Source: Octopus sinensis (Eukaryota). From it: a DNA stretch of 64,000 nucleotides. The stretch lies in NCBI RefSeq assembly GCF_006345805.1, contig NC_043018.1:19406001-19470000 (forward strand), in the 5' to 3' direction. Every line of letters starts with the position of its first letter. Positions within the stretch are counted from its first letter, which is position 1. Below are positions 1 to 14,509 of the stretch, piece after piece. The notes beneath the pieces were generated by a model. The model was not told the origin of the DNA. It was given only the letters and a program-made list of their open reading frames with translations, and made no database searches. Both the position numbers and the translations under genes were made by a program.

Positions 1-480
1 GTCATGATTGTCATTTACCATTGTCGTCATCATCATTATTATCATCACCAATGAAATCATCAACATCATCACCATCATCATTATCCTCCTCTTTCTCCTC
101 TTCATCCTCCTCTTCCTCATCATCACAACGATGACGACGATGACGACTACCACCACTACCACCACCATCCTCATCATCACCACCACCGCCACCACTAACA
201 TTATCATAGCCACCATCACCACCACCACCACCACTATCGTCGTCCTCTACCTCCTCCACCTCCTCATCATACTGATTGCTGACATCATCATCATCATCAT
301 CATAATTATCATTTGCCATTGTCATCATCATCATCATCGCCACCACCACAGCCATCACAATCCTCCTCCCTTCCCCCTCCTCCTCCTCCTGCTTGTCCTC
401 ATCATTATCATCAATCGTCACCACCACCGTCCTCACCATTATCATCATCCTTATCCTCTTCCTGCCCCTCCACCTCATCT
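1..480. repeat. Degenerate (CAT/CAC/CCT)n trinucleotide low-complexity tract
   Basis: Directly visible; accounts for ORFs 8..490 and 11..478. Confidence 0.95.
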
Positions 481-1262
481 GCTATCTTAGAGAGTACGCA
501 CAGCATAGCTCTAATAACCCAGATGTCATAATTCACGACATCTGTGTACTCTCGAACCATCGTTAATACAAGAAGGTATGTTATCCGGGAGAGTACACAG
601 CATTAGTCGTTACACTCCAGATCTAATACTTGTTAGAATCTGAGTACTTTAACCATTCCATTACTGAAGAACTATTTCTTTTGAGAAAGAAGCAAAAAAA
701 AAAAAAAGAAAAAGGAAAAAAAAAACATTAAGTTAGTTGAAACCCTTAATTCTCATTTATCAATTTTCTACAAAGAAACAAATATTCTTTGTGATTCTTT
801 GTCAGTTTAGAAGCCTTATTGAAGTTGAAGCGAGAAGCAGGGAAATTGTACAGACAATATGTAACGAGCTAATAACTTAGCAAACCTTTAATATTTCTTT
901 CTTATGTTTTTTTAATATTTTGTTGTTATCGTTGTTGTTATTGTTATTGTTGCTGTTGTTTAAAGAGATTTTTGAGATGTATATGACAATAGATAATGAT
1001 TTTTTTATCTGCTTTCTCTTTGAAATTCTTGCAAGCATTGTTTTCTAAGGAATAATGGTATTACAGAATTTTTTTGGGTTTTTTTCTTTCTTTTGTAGGG
1101 AGGAGAAGAATTTGTTGTGATTATGGCATGTAGAAGAATGAAGGTGGGAAATTTGTTGAAGAAAAGAATTGGTAATTTGGATTTTGCTGTAGGTTTAGCG
1201 AGGAAAGACACTATTTTCTGACCCTGGCTCTAGATATGAGGTGAGGAATATTGCATAGAATA

Positions 1263-1500
1263 AGGGAGCCGAGCTGGCAGAAACACTAGCATGCCGGCCA
1301 AAATGCTTAGCGGTATTTCGTCTGTCTTTACATTCTGAGTTCAAATTCCGCCGAGGTCGACTTTGCCTTTCATTCTTTCAGGGTCGATAAATTAAGTACC
1401 AGTTACACACTAGGGTTGATACAATCGACTTAATTCCTTTGTCTGTCCTTGTTTGTCCTTTCTATGTTTATCTCCTTGTGGGCAATAAAGAAATAAGAAT
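1263..1500 (+). mobile_element. SINE family S2 (gagctggcagaaac...gagttcaaattccgccgaggtcgactttgcctttcat...)
   Basis: tRNA-like head with B box gagttcaaattcc; near-identical copies at 39255-39490(-), 41722-41960(+) and 49467-49882(-). Confidence 0.85.
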
Positions 1501-1509
1501 ATTGCATCG

Positions 1510-1862
1510 AATTGAGTGATTGGTAAAAAGCTTGCTTCCCAACCAAATGGTTCCAGGCTCAGTCCCACTGCGTGGCACCTTGGGCAAGAGTCTTTTACTA
1601 TAGCCTAGGGCCAACCAAAGCTTGTGAGTGGATTTGGTAGACGGACACTGAAAGATGTCTGTCGTATATATGTATGTCTGTGTGTTTGTGTGTCTGTGTT
1701 TGTCCACCCCACCATCGCTTGACAACTGATGTTTGTGTATTTATGTCCCCGTAACTTAGTGGTACTAGGCTTACAAAGAACAAGTCCTGGGGTTGATTTG
1801 TTCGACTAAAGGCGGTGCTCCAGCATGGCCACAGTCAAATGAATGAAACTAGTAAAAGAATA
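1510..1862 (+). mobile_element. SINE family S1 (tRNA-derived head, internal TA/TG microsatellite, gtaaaaga tail)
   Basis: Matches fuller copies at 10342, 23673 and 50354. Confidence 0.85.
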
Positions 1863-2184
1863 ATCAATGGTCCTCCACTGGGGTCCATGTGGCCCTCCGG
1901 GGTTCACATGGCCTTTAGGGGTTTACATGGCCCTTGTGGGATCCACATAAGATTTTGACAATTCCTAATAATATTTAATTCTAAACATATAATAATAGGA
2001 TTTTTTAAAACATTGAATTTACTATGAGGTTCCACCTGAGTAAAAGAGAAATTGAAGGGGTCGATAAGCAAAAAAATGGTTGAGAATCAGTTTTAGATAA
2101 AGATATACTCTCTCTCACTTTTTAGGATATTCTGTAAGGAACATCCAACTATCCATTCTTCTGGCCATTCATTCATCCATCAAG

Positions 2185-2212
2185 ATATCTATTTATCTGT
2201 CTGTCTGTCTGT

Positions 2213-2245
<33 letters not shown>

Positions 2246-2262
2246 CATCTATCCATCTATCC

Positions 2263-2320
<58 letters not shown>

Positions 2321-2345
2321 TTCCCTTTCTCTATCTATCTATATC

Positions 2346-2390
<45 letters not shown>

Positions 2391-2660
2391 ATCCCTACCA
2401 TCCATCCATCAAGACATCTCTCTATCTGTCTCTCTGTCTGTCTGCTTGTATATCTATCTATCTATCTATCTTTCTGTCTGTCTGTCTATTTATCCACCAA
2501 TTCATCCATCCATTTATCTATCTATCTGTTTGTCTGTCTGTCTATCCATCCAACCATCCATCCATCCAACCATCGAACCATCCATCCATCCATCCATCCA
2601 TCCATCCATCCATCCATCCATCCATCCATCCATTCAGCCAGCCAGCCAGCCAGCCAGTCA
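2185..2660. repeat. (CTAT)n/(CCAT)n/(CTGT)n tetranucleotide microsatellites
   Basis: Directly visible. Confidence 0.95.
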
Positions 2661-2729
2661 GCCATGTTTCCCTTTCCTCTACCTATTATTCCTGGAAGGG
2701 TAGTGGAGAGTAGAGACCTCATCCCATCA

Positions 2730-3077
2730 GAAGAAACCATTATTATATTTCCCTGCTTGGATTCCAAAGTCTGACCAATTAAAAATCCAGATATTATCCA
2801 ATCATCACATTCATGGTTTAACCCTAGGTCTCCTGTGGTTGGCTCAGAATCACTCCAGCAATTCTTTCCTATCACATTCTAATCACATGACTGTAGTACC
2901 TGAGTTGTGACCCCTCAATGCTGAGGAAGCATGGGCTTGACCAAGAGAGGCTCCCTGATCTTCAAGCTACGAACCTTGCGAAGTAATGTTGCTCCAAAGA
3001 TCTTTTGAAGGAACTCTGTATTGGCTATTTGTATTTGTGATTGTAATGTTTCAGTCATTGCCCAGCATTCACCAAAG

Positions 3078-3078
<1 letters not shown>
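2730..3078 (-). mobile_element. RTE-clade LINE, decayed C-terminal ORF fragment
   Basis: Manual translation ECWAMTETLQSQIQIANTEFLQKIFGATLLRKVRSLKIRE...[15 protein letters not shown] resembles the RTE C-terminal pattern (ECW...EMRFLRRI...LRWYGHV.RM...RGRP); contains stops and frameshifts. Confidence 0.75.
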
Positions 3079-3131
<53 letters not shown>

Positions 3132-3196
3132 TGATAATAATAATAATAATTAGGAAAGTAATGATAATAGTTTTAGATTTCCTCATGTGGAAAATC

Positions 3197-3227
<31 letters not shown>

Positions 3228-3307
3228 GGAAAAAATAATAAGGAAAATAATAATAATGATAATGAGAAAAAAATAATAATAGTAGTCTTAGATTTTCTCA
3301 TGCGGAA

Positions 3308-3351
<44 letters not shown>

Positions 3352-3446
3352 CAATAATAATAACAATAATAATAATAATGGTATAATGATAATAATAATA
3401 ATAATAATGATGATGATGATGATGATGATAATAATAATAAGGAAAA

Positions 3447-3478
<32 letters not shown>

Positions 3479-3559
3479 TGATGATGATGATGATGATAAT
3501 AATAATAAGGAAAAAATAATAAGGAAAATAATAATGATAATGATAATAATAATAAGGTA

Positions 3560-3600
<41 letters not shown>
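3079..3600. repeat. (TAA)n/(TGA)n array with repeated ttagattt.ctcatgtg interruptions
   Basis: Directly visible. Confidence 0.95.
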
Positions 3601-3840
3601 TTAGATTTCTTCATGTGTGAAATACAGCAGTGATTTGTGATGCCAATGAAGTAGGTAGAAGAATGCAAAGATCATTCATTTCAGATTTTGACAACCTAAA
3701 ACAATCAGATATTAGAATTCATTTTAACCCTTTTTTTTATCATATTCCTGCTGAAATACAGGCTTTGGCTCAACCAATTTTTAAAATAATGAAGAATTTA
3801 GTAAAATAACTTCTTATCATCTTTGAGCTGGTGTTAGGAA

Positions 3841-4170
3841 CATGGCTCAGTGGTTAGAGCATCGGGCTCACAATCATGATGTAGTGAGTTCAATTCCTGG
3901 ACCGGGCACTGTGTTGTGTTCTTGAGCAAGACCCTTTATTTCATATTGCTTCAGTTCACTGATCTATAGAAATGAGTTGTGACGTCACTGGTGCCAAGCT
4001 GTATCGGCCCCTTTGCCTTTCCCTTGGATAACATCAGTAGCATGAAGATGGGAAGCTGGTATGTGAAGGCGATTGCTGGTCTTTCATAAAAACCTTGCCT
4101 GGACTTGTGCCTCAGAGGGTAACTTTCAAAGTGCAACCCCTTCGTCATTCATGACCGATGGGGGTCTTTA
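3841..4170 (+). mobile_element. tRNA-derived SINE (family S5)
   Basis: A box tggctcagtggtt, B box gagttcaattcc, then a tgtgttcttgagcaagac core; weaker copies near 10015 and 21590. Confidence 0.75.
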
Positions 4171-4478
4171 CTCTTCCCCCTAGGAACATAAATGAACATG
4201 AAAATTTGATAGGTCTTGATTTTGATCACTTTAACCCTTATGTTACCATATTTCGATCGAAATACATAGTCTTTGTTTCAATCAATTTCAAAGAATTTAG
4301 CAAGACAATTTTGGTCGATAACATGAAATTTTATATAAAGGGTTTTCTTTAGATCCCCTTGAAGCAACAAGTTTGTTTCAAAGAACCAGAAGAGGTCTGT
4401 CTTTCATGCGGGTTGATATCAAGAACGTGGAACCATTTTCTTACCGTACTTCACTTGCAATGCCTTTGGTTTAATTAA

Positions 4479-4510
<32 letters not shown>

Positions 4511-4760
4511 TGGAGGAGGAGGAGGAAGAGGAAGAGGGTGTTATTGCTAATGTTGATGATGATGATGAGGATGATGTTAATGGTGGTGGTGGTGGTGGTG
4601 GTGGTGGTGATGACAATCATGTTACGCATGCGTGACCCCCACCATCAACTTTGTATTTAACTAGAGAGATCCCTTCCCGGGGTTATTTTTCTTTCTCTTC
4701 CTTCATATTGTTGATCTCATAGTTTTAGGGTTAGTTTGTCACAACAGCCGTGACCCCACA

Positions 4761-4791
<31 letters not shown>

Positions 4792-5004
4792 AACAACAAC
4801 AGCAACAACAGTATAGGCTGACAATATCAATTACTGTTAATAGATGTAGATTGTAGAATAGGAAAGAGAAAATATTTGTTTTAAGAAGGAACTTTGTTGA
4901 GAAAATATAGGAAAGAAACAAGAAGAAGAAGAAGAAAAAGGAAAAGAAAGGAAAATATTTAATTTTGAAAAAAAAGACAAATATTAAGAGTTTGAAAGAA
5001 AGAA

Positions 5005-6155
<1,151 letters not shown>

Positions 6156-6237
6156 TTATCCTTCCTCTGAATGTGTAAATGTGAAGACGTTAAAAGTTTC
6201 TTTACCATAAACAAATGCTGAGTCAGTAACAACAAAA

Positions 6238-7344
6238 AGGAGGAGGAGGAAGAGGAGGGGGTAGAAGAGGAGTAGGAGGAGGAGGAGAAAGGAGGATGCA
6301 GCGGAGGGGTAGGAGAAGAGGGAGGAGGAGGAGGAAAAGGAGATGAAGAAGAAGGTGGAGAAGGAAGAGGAGTAGGAGGGGGAAGAGGAGATGGAGAAGA
6401 AGGTGGAGAAGGAAGAGGAGGAGGAGGAGGAGGAAAAGGAGATGGAGAAGAAGGTGGAGAAGGAAGAGGAGTAGGAGGAGGAAGAGGAGATGGAGAAGAA
6501 GGTGGAGAAGGAAGAGGAGTAGGAGGAAGAGGAGATGGAGAAGCAGGAGGAGAAGGAGGAGGAGGAGGAGGAGGAGGAAGAGGAGATGGAGAAGAAGGAG
6601 GAGAAGGAAGAGGAGGAAGATGAAAAGGAGATGAAGAAGAGGTGGAGGAGAATAAGAAGGAGAAGGAAGAGGAGAAAAAGGTAGAGAAAAAGAAGGCAAA
6701 GGAAAAGAAGAGAAGGAAGGGGAGGAGAAAGGGAAGAGGAAGAAGAAAAAGAAGAGGAAGAAGAAGAGTAGTAGGAGGAAAAAGACGGAAGAAGAAGAGG
6801 AGGAGGAGGAGGAGATGAGGAAGATGTATCAACTGAACGTGAAATTAATCTGGGAAAACAGTTTTAGATGTTGCAGATCGATTTGTAAGATTATTGATGT
6901 GACAGAAAGGAAATGTAGTATGGGCTGTGGTAGAGGTGGTGGTAGAAGAGTGTGTAGGAGAGGTCTGGTGTCGGTGGAGACTGTGATGGAGAGAGAGAGA
7001 GAGGAGGGAGAGGATGAGAGAGGAAGAAAAAGACAGAGAGGGATAGAGAGAGAGAGAAAGAGAGAGAGTGAAAGGAAGAGATAAACAGAGAAGGAGGGAA
7101 GACAGAGAGAGGGAGAGAGAGGGTAAGAGAAAGAGGGGGAGAGGGGGAGAGGGGGAGAGAGGATGAAAAAGACAAAGAGTGAGAGGGGATAGAGAGAGAG
7201 TGCATGAAAGAAAAAGATAGACAGAGAGAGAGATGGAAGACAGAGAGGATGAGAGAAAGAGAGAGTGAGAGAGGATGAAAAAGACAAAGAGTGAGAGGGA
7301 CAGAGTGAGAGAATGAGAGGAAGAGATAAGCAGAGAGAGAGGGA

Positions 7345-7386
<42 letters not shown>
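6238..7386. repeat. Polypurine (GGA/GAA/GA)n tracts
   Basis: Directly visible. Confidence 0.95.
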
Positions 7387-7391
<5 letters not shown>

Positions 7392-7817
7392 ATTATGTGT
7401 TGAGGAATAAGTAGTGTGGAGATAAATTATTATACAGAAGTCTTTTAGTGTGTGCTTTGTGTGTGTGTGTGTATGTGTGTGTGTATGTGTATGTGTATAT
7501 ATATATCTAATTTGTGTGTGTGTATGTGTTGTACACATGTATGCGTGCGTGTGTGTGTGTGCACGCGTGTGTATATGTGTGTGTGTGCGTATGTGTGTGT
7601 GTATATGTGTCTGCTTTGTGCGTGCATGTGTGTGTGCGCATATGTATGTGTGTATATAAGTCTGATTTGTGCGTGTGTATGTGTGCATGCATGTGTATGT
7701 GTGTGTATGTGTGTGTGTGTGTATGTGTGTGTATATGTGTATGTGTGTGTATGTGTGTGTGTATATGTCTGCTTTGTGTGTACGTGTGTGTGTGTGCATA
7801 TATGTGCATGTATATAT

Positions 7818-8015
7818 CATCATCATCATCATCATCATTTAACGTCCGCTTTCCATGCTAGCATGGGTTGGACGGCTCAACTGGGGTCTGGGGAGCCCGA
7901 AGGCTGCACCAGGCCAGTCAGATCTGGCAGTGTTTCTACAGCTGGATGCCCTTCCTAACGCCAACCACTCCGAGAGTGTAGTGGGTGATTTTATGTGCCA
8001 CCGACACAGGTGCCA
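7818..8015 (-). mobile_element. SINE-like family S3, truncated, (GAT)n tail
   Basis: catcat-ttaacgtccgctttccatgctagcatgggttggacgg...ggatgcccttcctaacgcc is shared with many copies in the window. Confidence 0.85.
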
Positions 8016-8265
8016 GACATATATGTTACACAATGCCATACTCACGCTCTTGCCACCCAGTCCAGTGGCAAGACCAGGTTGAGACAACTGGGGATGGAGA
8101 CAGATGCAGTGGATGACCCAAATGTCTTCTCTCCCTCATCATGTCCTCTGCTCGCCACAATGCTAAGGTGCCAATTAACCCATAGCTGAGGATGTGAGGA
8201 TGTGGGCTTCTTTCAGTTTCTGTCCACCAAATCCACTCACAAAGTAGAAGCAGTTCTCATGGGTT

Positions 8266-8795
8266 CATCATCATCATCATCATCATCATCGTTTAACGTC
8301 TGTTTTCCATGCTAGCATGGGTTGGACGGTTCAACAGGGGTCTGGGAAGCCAGAAGGCTGCACCAGGCCCAGTCTGATCTGGCAGTGTTTCTACAGCTGG
8401 ATGCCCTTCCTAACGCCAACCACTCCAAGAGTGTAGTGGGTGCTTTTTATGTGTCACCTACACAGGTGCCAGATGAGGCTGGCAAACGGCCATGATCTGA
8501 TGGTGCTTTTTATGTGCCACCGGCACGGAGGCCAGACGAGGCTGGCAACGGCCACGATCGGATGGTGCTTTTTATGTGCCACCGGCATGGAGGCCAGACG
8601 AGGCTGGCAATGGCCACAATTGGATGGTGCTTTTTATGTGCCACCGGCACTGGTACCTCAGCTACAATTTCCATTGATGTTGAAAGATTTCGATTTTGAT
8701 TTTCACTCAACAGGTCTTCACAAGTAGGGTTTGTGTCACAAGAAGGAAAGGTATGCATAAGTGGGCTGGCTACGTCCCAGGTAGAGGCCACGGGT
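8266..8795 (-). mobile_element. SINE-like family S3 with about 3 internal 61-bp tandem units
   Basis: Units ggtgctttttatgtgccaccggcac... at ~8440-8650. Confidence 0.85.
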
Positions 8796-9588
8796 TCAGT
8801 AGACTAAATGGTAAAGGCACTGCTCTGGAGGCTGGCGTGGGGGATGCATTTTGAATTGTCCAAGGACTATCTTGTAATTATGAGATTTTGATGACGGATT
8901 GCTTATTTTTAAAATATCATTGTAGGGTAGGTATGAGAGGACAGATGTGGCCAGGTTAATTGCTAAAAGAGTTAAATTCACACCTGTGTTGTAATATCAT
9001 ACATGTAATGAATGCAAGCTCTCGTTTGGTGATTACACTTCAGGAATTTCACTGTCGTGTAGCAACAACTGTAGACAACTGTGAGGTAAACGCAGTTAGC
9101 TGAGTAATAACTGTATTATCACAGAGACTATTACCAACTCGACTTAATTGCAATACCAGAAGTTCATAAGTTTAACCAAACACTAGCTTCAAATCATCAT
9201 AGTCACTCTGTGCATGTTTTTTTATTTTTATTTTTTAGCTAGTTACACATAAAAAGACTTTGGAAACTTCAAAAGATCTTCAAACACTAAATTGGTGATA
9301 TTTTCAAACTACTTAGAACATAGACTTTAACTACAAACTATTGCATCTAAACATTGCGGCTTTTGTTTTTTAGTTCTACCCTGCGTTAATTGCTGTTAAC
9401 ATGGTTTTATTTTTTCCTTTTTCTAAAGCAGCATTTCCTTTCATCCCTGTCTCTCTCTCTCTCTCTCTCTCACATCGCTTCTCTCTCTCTCTCTCTTTCT
9501 TTAAACTATATATATAGGTGTAATACACACACCCACACACACCCACGTGCACATACTCACACTTACTCACACATATACACACACGTAT

Positions 9589-10014
9589 CTCTTTACTCTT
9601 TTACTCTTTTACTCTTTTACTTGTTTCAGTCATTTGACTGCGGCCATGCTGGAGCACCGCCTTTAGTCGAGCAAATCGACCCCAGGACTTATTCTTTGTA
9701 AGCCCAGTACTTATTCTATCGGTCTCTTTTGCCGAACCGCGAAGTAACGGGGACGTAAACACACCAGCATCGGTTGTCAAGCAATGCTAAGGGGACAAAC
9801 ACAGACACACAAACACACACACACATACACACATAAATATATACATATATACGACAGGCTTCTTTCAGTTTCCGTCTACCAAATCCACTCACAAGGCATT
9901 GGTCGGCCCGGGGCTATAGCAGAAGACACTTGCCCAAGATGCCATGCAGTGGGACTGAACCCAGAACCATGTGGTTGGTTAGCAAGCTACTTACCACACA
10001 GCCACTCCTGCGCC
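9589..10014 (-). mobile_element. Full-length SINE S1
   Basis: Reverse complement of the S1 copies; head ggcgcaggagtggctgtgtggtaag, tail gtaaaagagtaaaaga. Confidence 0.9.
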
Positions 10015-10341
10015 TGGAGGTGTAGTGGTTTGTATGTTCAGCCCATGAAATGATGTATTCAATTCTTGGACCAGACATCACTTAGTGTCCTTTAGCCAGG
10101 CAGTTCATTTTACATTGCCTCAGTCTGCTTAGCTGTAAATGAGTACCTGCTGAGGTCTGATGCAACTTCCCACTCTCCCTCCCCCTCTCTCTCTCTCTCT
10201 CACACTCTTTCTCTCTCTTTCTCTTCTCAGTCATCAAACCTGTAACGTTCTCCTGAGTGAAAGGCAGGTGGGCTAAGATGGCATCTATATGTGCTCACAG
10301 CCACATAAGCACCCAAAACAATCAATGAAAACGTCATACAA

Positions 10342-10743
10342 GGCACAGGAGTGGCTGTGTGGTAAGTAGCTTGTTTACCAACCACATGGTTCCGGGTTCA
10401 GTCCCACTGCGTGGCACCTTGGGCAAGTGTCTTCTACTATAGCCTCGGGCCGACCAAAGCCTTGTGAGTGGATTTGGTAGACGGAAACTGAAAGAAGCCC
10501 ATCGTATATATGTATATATATGTATGTGTGTGTATGTTTGTGTGTCTGTGTTTGTCCCCCTAGCATTGCTTGACAACTGATGCTGGTGTGTTTATGTCCC
10601 TGTCACTTAGCAGTTCGGCAAAAGAGACCGATAGAATAAGTACTGGGCTTACAAAGAATAAGTCCCAGGGTCGAGTTGCTCGATTAAAAGCGGTGCTCCA
10701 GCATGGCTGCAGTCAAAATGACTGAAACAAGTAAAAAAAGAGA
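10342..10743 (+). mobile_element. Full-length SINE S1
   Basis: A box tggctgtgtggtaag, B box ggttcagtcc. Confidence 0.9.
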
Positions 10744-10789
10744 AAGGTACCAGGGCATATTTACTTGCAAGTGGGGGCTACGGTTTCAT

Positions 10790-11590
10790 CTCTTCTCCAC
10801 CTGTCATATCTCTTCTCCATCCTTATCTATTTTCCTTTCTCGTTAACCACTTCCCTTTTTCCATCCTTATCTATTTTCACCTGTCATGATATATTTCTCC
10901 ATCCTTACACGTTTTCAGGTCATGTTAGTAATACACATTTATTTCTCTGTTCTTACCTATTTTCACCTCTCATTAGCAATATCTGTCTCTCTTTCTTTAC
11001 CTGTTTTCACATCTTGTTAGCAACAAACATTTATTTCTAGACCCATATCTGTTTATACCTCTCCTTAGCAAAACAACATATCTATTTCTCCATCCTTACA
11101 TGCATATATTCTGCCATCCTTACCTGTTTTACCTGTTTTCACCTCTCATTTGCAACATAAATTTCTCCATTCTTTTTACATCTTGTTAGCAACGCACATC
11201 TATCTCTCCATATTCATCTGTTTATTCCTCTCCTTAGCAAAACACCTCAATTTCTCCATCCTTACTTTGTTAGCAACATACTTCTCTTTCATCACTCTCA
11301 CCTATTTTCATCTCTCCTTGGCAACATACCTCTATTTCTAAATCCCTACCTGTTTTCACCTCTCATTTGCAACATATATTTCTCCATTCTTTTTACATTT
11401 CGTTAGCAACACACATCTACCTCTCCTTAGCAAAACACCTCAATTTCTCCATCCTTTGTTAGCAACATACTTCTGTTTCTCCAGCCTCACCTATTTTCAT
11501 CTCTCCTTGGCAACATACATCTATTTCTAAATCCCTACCTGTTTACACCTCTCGTTAACAACGCACACACCTATATCTCCATCCTTGCTA
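10790..11590. repeat. Degenerate ~45-bp minisatellite with a ~217-bp higher-order duplication
   Basis: Recurrent ttagcaaca...ctccatccttacctgttttcacctctc; blocks starting at 11131 and 11348 are nearly identical. Confidence 0.75.
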
Positions 11591-11934
11591 CTAAAAACAT
11601 AAAAAAGAAACAATATTTTGCTACTGTTTGCATTTCCCTTGTGAATCTACGGAACACAATCTCTAATATAATTGCTGTCCAGTTCTAATACATTCTTGTG
11701 TTTCCTGATTCTAATCAGTTCGGCTCACAGGAAAATAGACTCACAGAAAGACATGCTAGATATGGTATGGCCAGACATCACTGCAGCTAAATTTTTTTTT
11801 AATTCTAATACAACACCACCAACCCTGCAGACATCTGGCACTAATAAGATATTGGTCTCTTGTGGCAAAACTCTCATGTGATCAGCTTTCAACTATTCTT
11901 CTCTATGTTATAACATTATATGATGGCTTTTGTT

Positions 11935-11943
11935 TGTTGTTGT

Positions 11944-11977
<34 letters not shown>

Positions 11978-12053
11978 AATAATAATAATAGGAGTAATAT
12001 TATTATTATTATTAATAATAATAATAATAGTAATAATAATAATAATAATGATG

Positions 12054-12084
<31 letters not shown>

Positions 12085-12226
12085 TGATAATTTTAATAAC
12101 AATATTGATAATAATAATAATAATGATAATAATAATAGTAGTAGTAGTAGTAGTAGTAGTAGTAATGATGATGATGATAACGATGATAATAATAATAATG
12201 ATAATAATAACATAATAATAATAATG

Positions 12227-12265
<39 letters not shown>

Positions 12266-12288
12266 CCACCACCAACAACAACAACAAC

Positions 12289-12320
<32 letters not shown>

Positions 12321-12372
12321 TGATGATGATGATGATGATCATAAAAACAATAATAATGATAATAATAATAAT
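11935..12372. repeat. (TAA/TGA/TAG)n array
   Basis: Directly visible. Confidence 0.95.
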
Positions 12373-13110
12373 AGGATGCAAAGATGAAAAAGTACAGACT
12401 ATTAAAAGATGAAATTGAAAGAATGTGGGTAATTGGGAGAGTGTCTGTTATCCCAGTGGTTGTAGGGGCACTCAGAGCACTAACAGCCAAGTTTGAGAAA
12501 CCATCATCATCATCATCATCATTTAACATCCATTGTCCATGCTGGCATGGGTTGGACGGTTTGACTGGACTGGCAATGCTGGAAGGCTGTGCCAGGTTTC
12601 AGTCTGATTTGGCATGGTTTTCTAAGGCTGGGTGCCCTTCCTAATGGCAACCACTCCGAGAGTGTAATGGATGTTTTTATGTGCCGCCAGCACAGGTGCC
12701 ATTTGCATGACACCAGTATTTGCCACGGACATAATGTCAAAGGTCTTGGTCATTGACCCCGTGAGGCCTAACTCTCAAAAGGAACTCAGCCACTTTGCCC
12801 TCATGGGGCCCAGTGCTTGAAAGGAAATCAGCTACCTTGCTTCTGTGAGGCCCAACACTTGAAATATGTCATAAAAAATTAGAATTGACATGAAAGCAGA
12901 ACAAGGCCCCAAAATCTGCTCTGCTGGGGACAGCCAAGATTTTGAGATCGGTGTTTGAGTATTGAATGTCTTTCACAGTAATTAACAACCAATTATCAAT
13001 GGCTTATAATGTACGGAACGAGACCCTGTGAAACCTCTGACAACAGGCTGCTGTCCACTATCACAGAATCAACCAGAACAAGTAAGATCGAGGGTTCTGA
13101 GAAGTAAAAC
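12373..13110 (+). mobile_element. 5'-truncated R4/Dong-like non-LTR retrotransposon (restriction-like endonuclease C-terminus) interrupted by an S3 SINE at ~12502-12862
   Basis: KMKKYRLLKDEIERMW..VSVIPVVVGAL followed, after the SINE, by ...KSALLGTAKILRSVFEY*; fits the K..KY..L..EI.RLW..VIPVVIGALG...LLGTA.ILR pattern; TAA arrays on both sides. Confidence 0.8.
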
Positions 13111-13123
13111 AATAATAATAATA

Positions 13124-13170
<47 letters not shown>

Positions 13171-13188
13171 TAATAACAATAACAAATG

Positions 13189-13222
<34 letters not shown>

Positions 13223-13253
13223 TAATAATAATAATAATAACAACAACAACAAC

Positions 13254-13284
<31 letters not shown>

Positions 13285-13378
13285 TAATAATAATAATGAT
13301 AATAACAATAACAAATGATAATGATAATAATAATAATAATATTAATAATAATAATAATAATAACAACAATAATAATAA

Positions 13379-13434
<56 letters not shown>

Positions 13435-13522
13435 TAATAACAATAACAAATGATAATAATAATAATAATATTAATAATAATAATAATAACAAATGATAAA
13501 ATAATAATAATAATAATACTAC

Positions 13523-13561
<39 letters not shown>

Positions 13562-13601
13562 TGATAATAATAATAACAATAATAATAATAATAATAACAA
13601 T

Positions 13602-13648
<47 letters not shown>

Positions 13649-13655
13649 TGATATA
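13111..13655. repeat. (TAA)n array
   Basis: Directly visible. Confidence 0.95.
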
Positions 13656-13664
13656 CAGTACCAG

Positions 13665-13860
13665 AACATTCTAACTGGGTCCCATCTGCAAGGTCATGCA
13701 CTGTTTATCTTCATATCAGGTCACCATGTCGTGCACATATGGTTGTGATACATATGCCTGGTGTACCCTTATCTGATGGGTAGTCATGATGGGTATACAT
13801 GGCTTTGTATATTTATACCCCATTGCCATTTTGATGGCATACACTGCTCTCTCACTCACT
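13665..13860 (+). mobile_element. Partial inverted copy of the 14510-15062 element
   Basis: Reverse complement of ~14510-14700; ends in (TAA)n. Confidence 0.8.
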
Positions 13861-14248
13861 AATAATAATAATAATAATAATAAAATAATAATAATTATTA
13901 TTATTATTATTATTACTATCACTAATAATTACTATTATTATTAGTGATAGTAATGCGTGTAAGAGTGGCTGTGAGGTAAGAAGCTTCCCTCCGAACCACA
14001 TGGTTCTGGGTTCAGTCCTACAGCATGGCACTTTAGGTAAGTGTTTTCTGCTATAACCATGGGCTGAAAAAAAGGCTTGTGAGTGGATTTGGTAGACGGA
14101 AACTGAAAGAAACATGACATACACACATTGCCTTTCATCCCTTTTGAGGTCGATAAATTAAGTACCAGTGAAACACTGGGGGGTCAATGTAATCGATTAA
14201 TCCCCCCACCCCAAATTTCAGGCCTTGTGCCTTTAGTAGAATGGATTA

Positions 14249-14287
<39 letters not shown>

Positions 14288-14301
14288 CATCATTATCATC
14301 A

Positions 14302-14359
<58 letters not shown>

Positions 14360-14448
14360 CATCATTATCATCATCATCATCATTATTATTATTATTATTA
14401 TATTATTATTATTATTATTTATTATTATCATTATTATATTATTATATA

Positions 14449-14484
<36 letters not shown>

Positions 14485-14509
14485 TATCATTATTATTATT
14501 ATTATTATT

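Noticed and set aside
4620-4765. acgcatgcgt palindrome and two gtgacccc motifs as a possible regulatory island
   Set aside because: Short motifs alone cannot support a promoter call.
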